Below are positions 62,088 to 64,000 of a stretch of 64,000 nucleotides of DNA, one piece after another (position 1 is the stretch's first letter; every line of letters begins with the position of its first letter). Source of the DNA: Haliotis cracherodii (Eukaryota); assembly GCF_022045235.1 (NCBI RefSeq), contig NW_027266268.1:37262001-37326000 (forward strand), in the 5' to 3' direction. A program made the translations under genes and the position numbers. A model generated the notes under the pieces. It was not told the DNA's origin. It ran no database searches and saw nothing but the letters and a program-made list of their open reading frames with translations.

Positions 62088-62336
62088 CCCGTGAACATGC
62101 GGAGTAAAATAGGTCTTCAGTAACCCATGCTTGCCGAAAAAGGAGGCTACGCTTGTCGTATGAGGCAACTAACGGGATCGGGTGGTCAGGCTCGCTGACT
62201 TGGTTGATGCATGTCATCGTATCCCGATTGCATGGATCGATGCGCATGATGTCAATCACTGGATTGTCTGGTCAAGACAATTTACAGACCGCCGTGATAT
62301 AATTGGAATATTGCTGAGTGCGGCGTTAACAAACAA
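62088..62336 (+). mobile_element. SINE-like family D copy
   Basis: Consensus match. Confidence 0.8.
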
Positions 62337-63007
62337 TTTGATTATATCTATCCGAGCAGCAATCCCGATCCATAGGGGCAAGAACTGGAGCATACTTGGT
62401 GTACATGGGGATGCCCACCTCTTGCCAAAATGTCCTTCCTCAAACGCAATTTATGCACACATCTGATATTAATTTGCATATGTCAGATAAACATGTTTGT
62501 AGCAGATAAGAGTCGATTACACAAATATGGATACGCCATCTTCTGGTTGTTACAACACAAAAAGGAGCAAATAGACCTATATCTCTCAGATGATTTTAAC
62601 ATATGAAAATATCTTAAGTTAACGATATTGTATCCAAACAATGAACAGAACAGACGCACAGTCAGCAATCAAAGACTACTTATACATGGGTTTACTGCTT
62701 AATATATAATTTGGCTTAAAACTTAAAACTTTACAAAACGTTTTCTCGCATCATACACAACTGCTGATGGGTATCTTTCATCTGCACAAATTTACATTTC
62801 AAAAAAGGTACGAGTCATGTGGTTGCAACTTCATTTATCATAAGTATTTTCACAAGATACCCAGCCACAGATTACTTTGTACAAACTGTTGCAGGAATGA
62901 ATGATGATTAAATACACAGACTCACATTTTACAACAGTTCCTTCAATTTTCAATTACATAAAAAACAAAAGTCGGTATACTTCCTTTTGACCCTCTTTGT
63001 TTATTTG

Positions 63008-63289
63008 AGTGAGTGTGAGTGAGTTGGGTTTAGCGCCGCTTTTAACAGTATCACAGTTATATCACGGCGTGTCAGCTTAATGTGGGAGGAAAGCCCGAGG
63101 TGATGCAGGTCTCAGATGTTTACCTCTTCGGTGAAACCCACGAGTACGGGCATGGTGCTCACAAACCTAGAAACATAATCGGGGCGAACCGGGATTCGAA
63201 TCCACAATCATAGGTTTCTGGCGTGCCCAAGGGACGCAACTCTGCACAGCGAATCGCGGCGCCTTAGGCGACTGGGCCACCCGTGCCCC
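63008..63289 (-). mobile_element. SINE family B copy
   Basis: TSD tgtttatttga. Confidence 0.85.
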
Positions 63290-63479
63290 ATGTTTATTTG
63301 AAGAAATTGTCTATGGCGCATTTCCAATGTTCCAATGTGCAACTCACAAGAGCGCATGAACAACATTCACGAATGCTCAAAAGACTCAACTTGTGCAGAG
63401 TTGCGTCCCTTAGGCACGTCTACAAGAAACCAAAACAGATGAGTTGGATGTTAGTATAAACATCAAAGATTAAACTGTT

Positions 63480-64000
63480 ATTCTCAAAAATAGAAACACG
63501 ACAGGTCGAAGGTCAGGAGGTCTAGGAATTCTCATTAAAAATGAAATAGCACCTTATGTTACTGTTGTCCCATCTGACAGTGATATATCCTTGTGGATAC
63601 GTATCAATAAGGTAATGCTAAGTACAGATAGTGATCTTTGTATTGGATTTCTTTATATCCCACCTGTTAACTCTAGGTACGCAAGCGACAGTCATTTTCA
63701 GGATTTGTCAAGTGATATTCTTAATATACGAGATATTACAAGATATTTCTATCTTTTAGGAGATTTTAATGCCCATACGAGTATTCTTGAAGATACATGT
63801 GTCATCAACACCACTGTTAGCCATTCCATTGGTGTAGACGACTCTGAGATGGAGTACTTTAATAATAATGATATTTTTTAATTAAACGACGTGTCGCCAA
63901 TACGAGTCTCTGAAGACAGGTCCGAACCAAATAGACATGGTCGTCAACTCATTGAAATGTGTAAAACTTTACCTCTTCTTATATTAAACGGAAGATTGGG
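63480..64000 (+). mobile_element. LINE ORF2 APE endonuclease region, decayed, runs off window
   Basis: LWIRINK..LCIGFLYIPP..LLGDFNAHT..NRHGRQLIEMCK..LLILNGR with in-frame stop at 63879-63881. Confidence 0.75.

Overview
Eukaryotic, repeat-rich genomic DNA. The SINE families suggest a mollusc, probably a gastropod such as abalone; this is inference, not a database result. The ORF track misses the real genes. Reading splice sites on the minus strand gives a head-to-tail cluster of four intron-containing genes for secreted (signal peptide) EF-hand Ca2+-binding proteins. Gene A (12592-6335, 142 aa), gene B (20812-15984, 138 aa) and gene C (35382-31521, 136 aa) each have 4 EF loops. Gene D (55448-49684, ~241 aa) has 8 loops, an internal doubling of the same module. 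All share intron positions/phases and an unusual 20/35-36/20-residue loop spacing, and they resemble molluscan shell-matrix/secreted EF-hand proteins. The rest of the window holds four SINE families, decayed non-LTR retrotransposons (R4/Dong-like, L2/CR1-group), Penelope-like fragments with minimal hammerhead ribozymes, TA-flanked MITEs and several mini/microsatellites, which create the long spurious ORFs. It also holds a family of non-coding elements with a long terminal hairpin and an internal inverted copy of their own end-to-end junction. Other highlights: a gene-conversion/positive-selection signature between B and C, a tandem array of decoy 3' splice sites, a probable duplicate last exon hidden in the N gap, a 5'-transducing SINE with its donor locus in the window, and a headless SINE whose 5' end shows compensatory base-pair changes.
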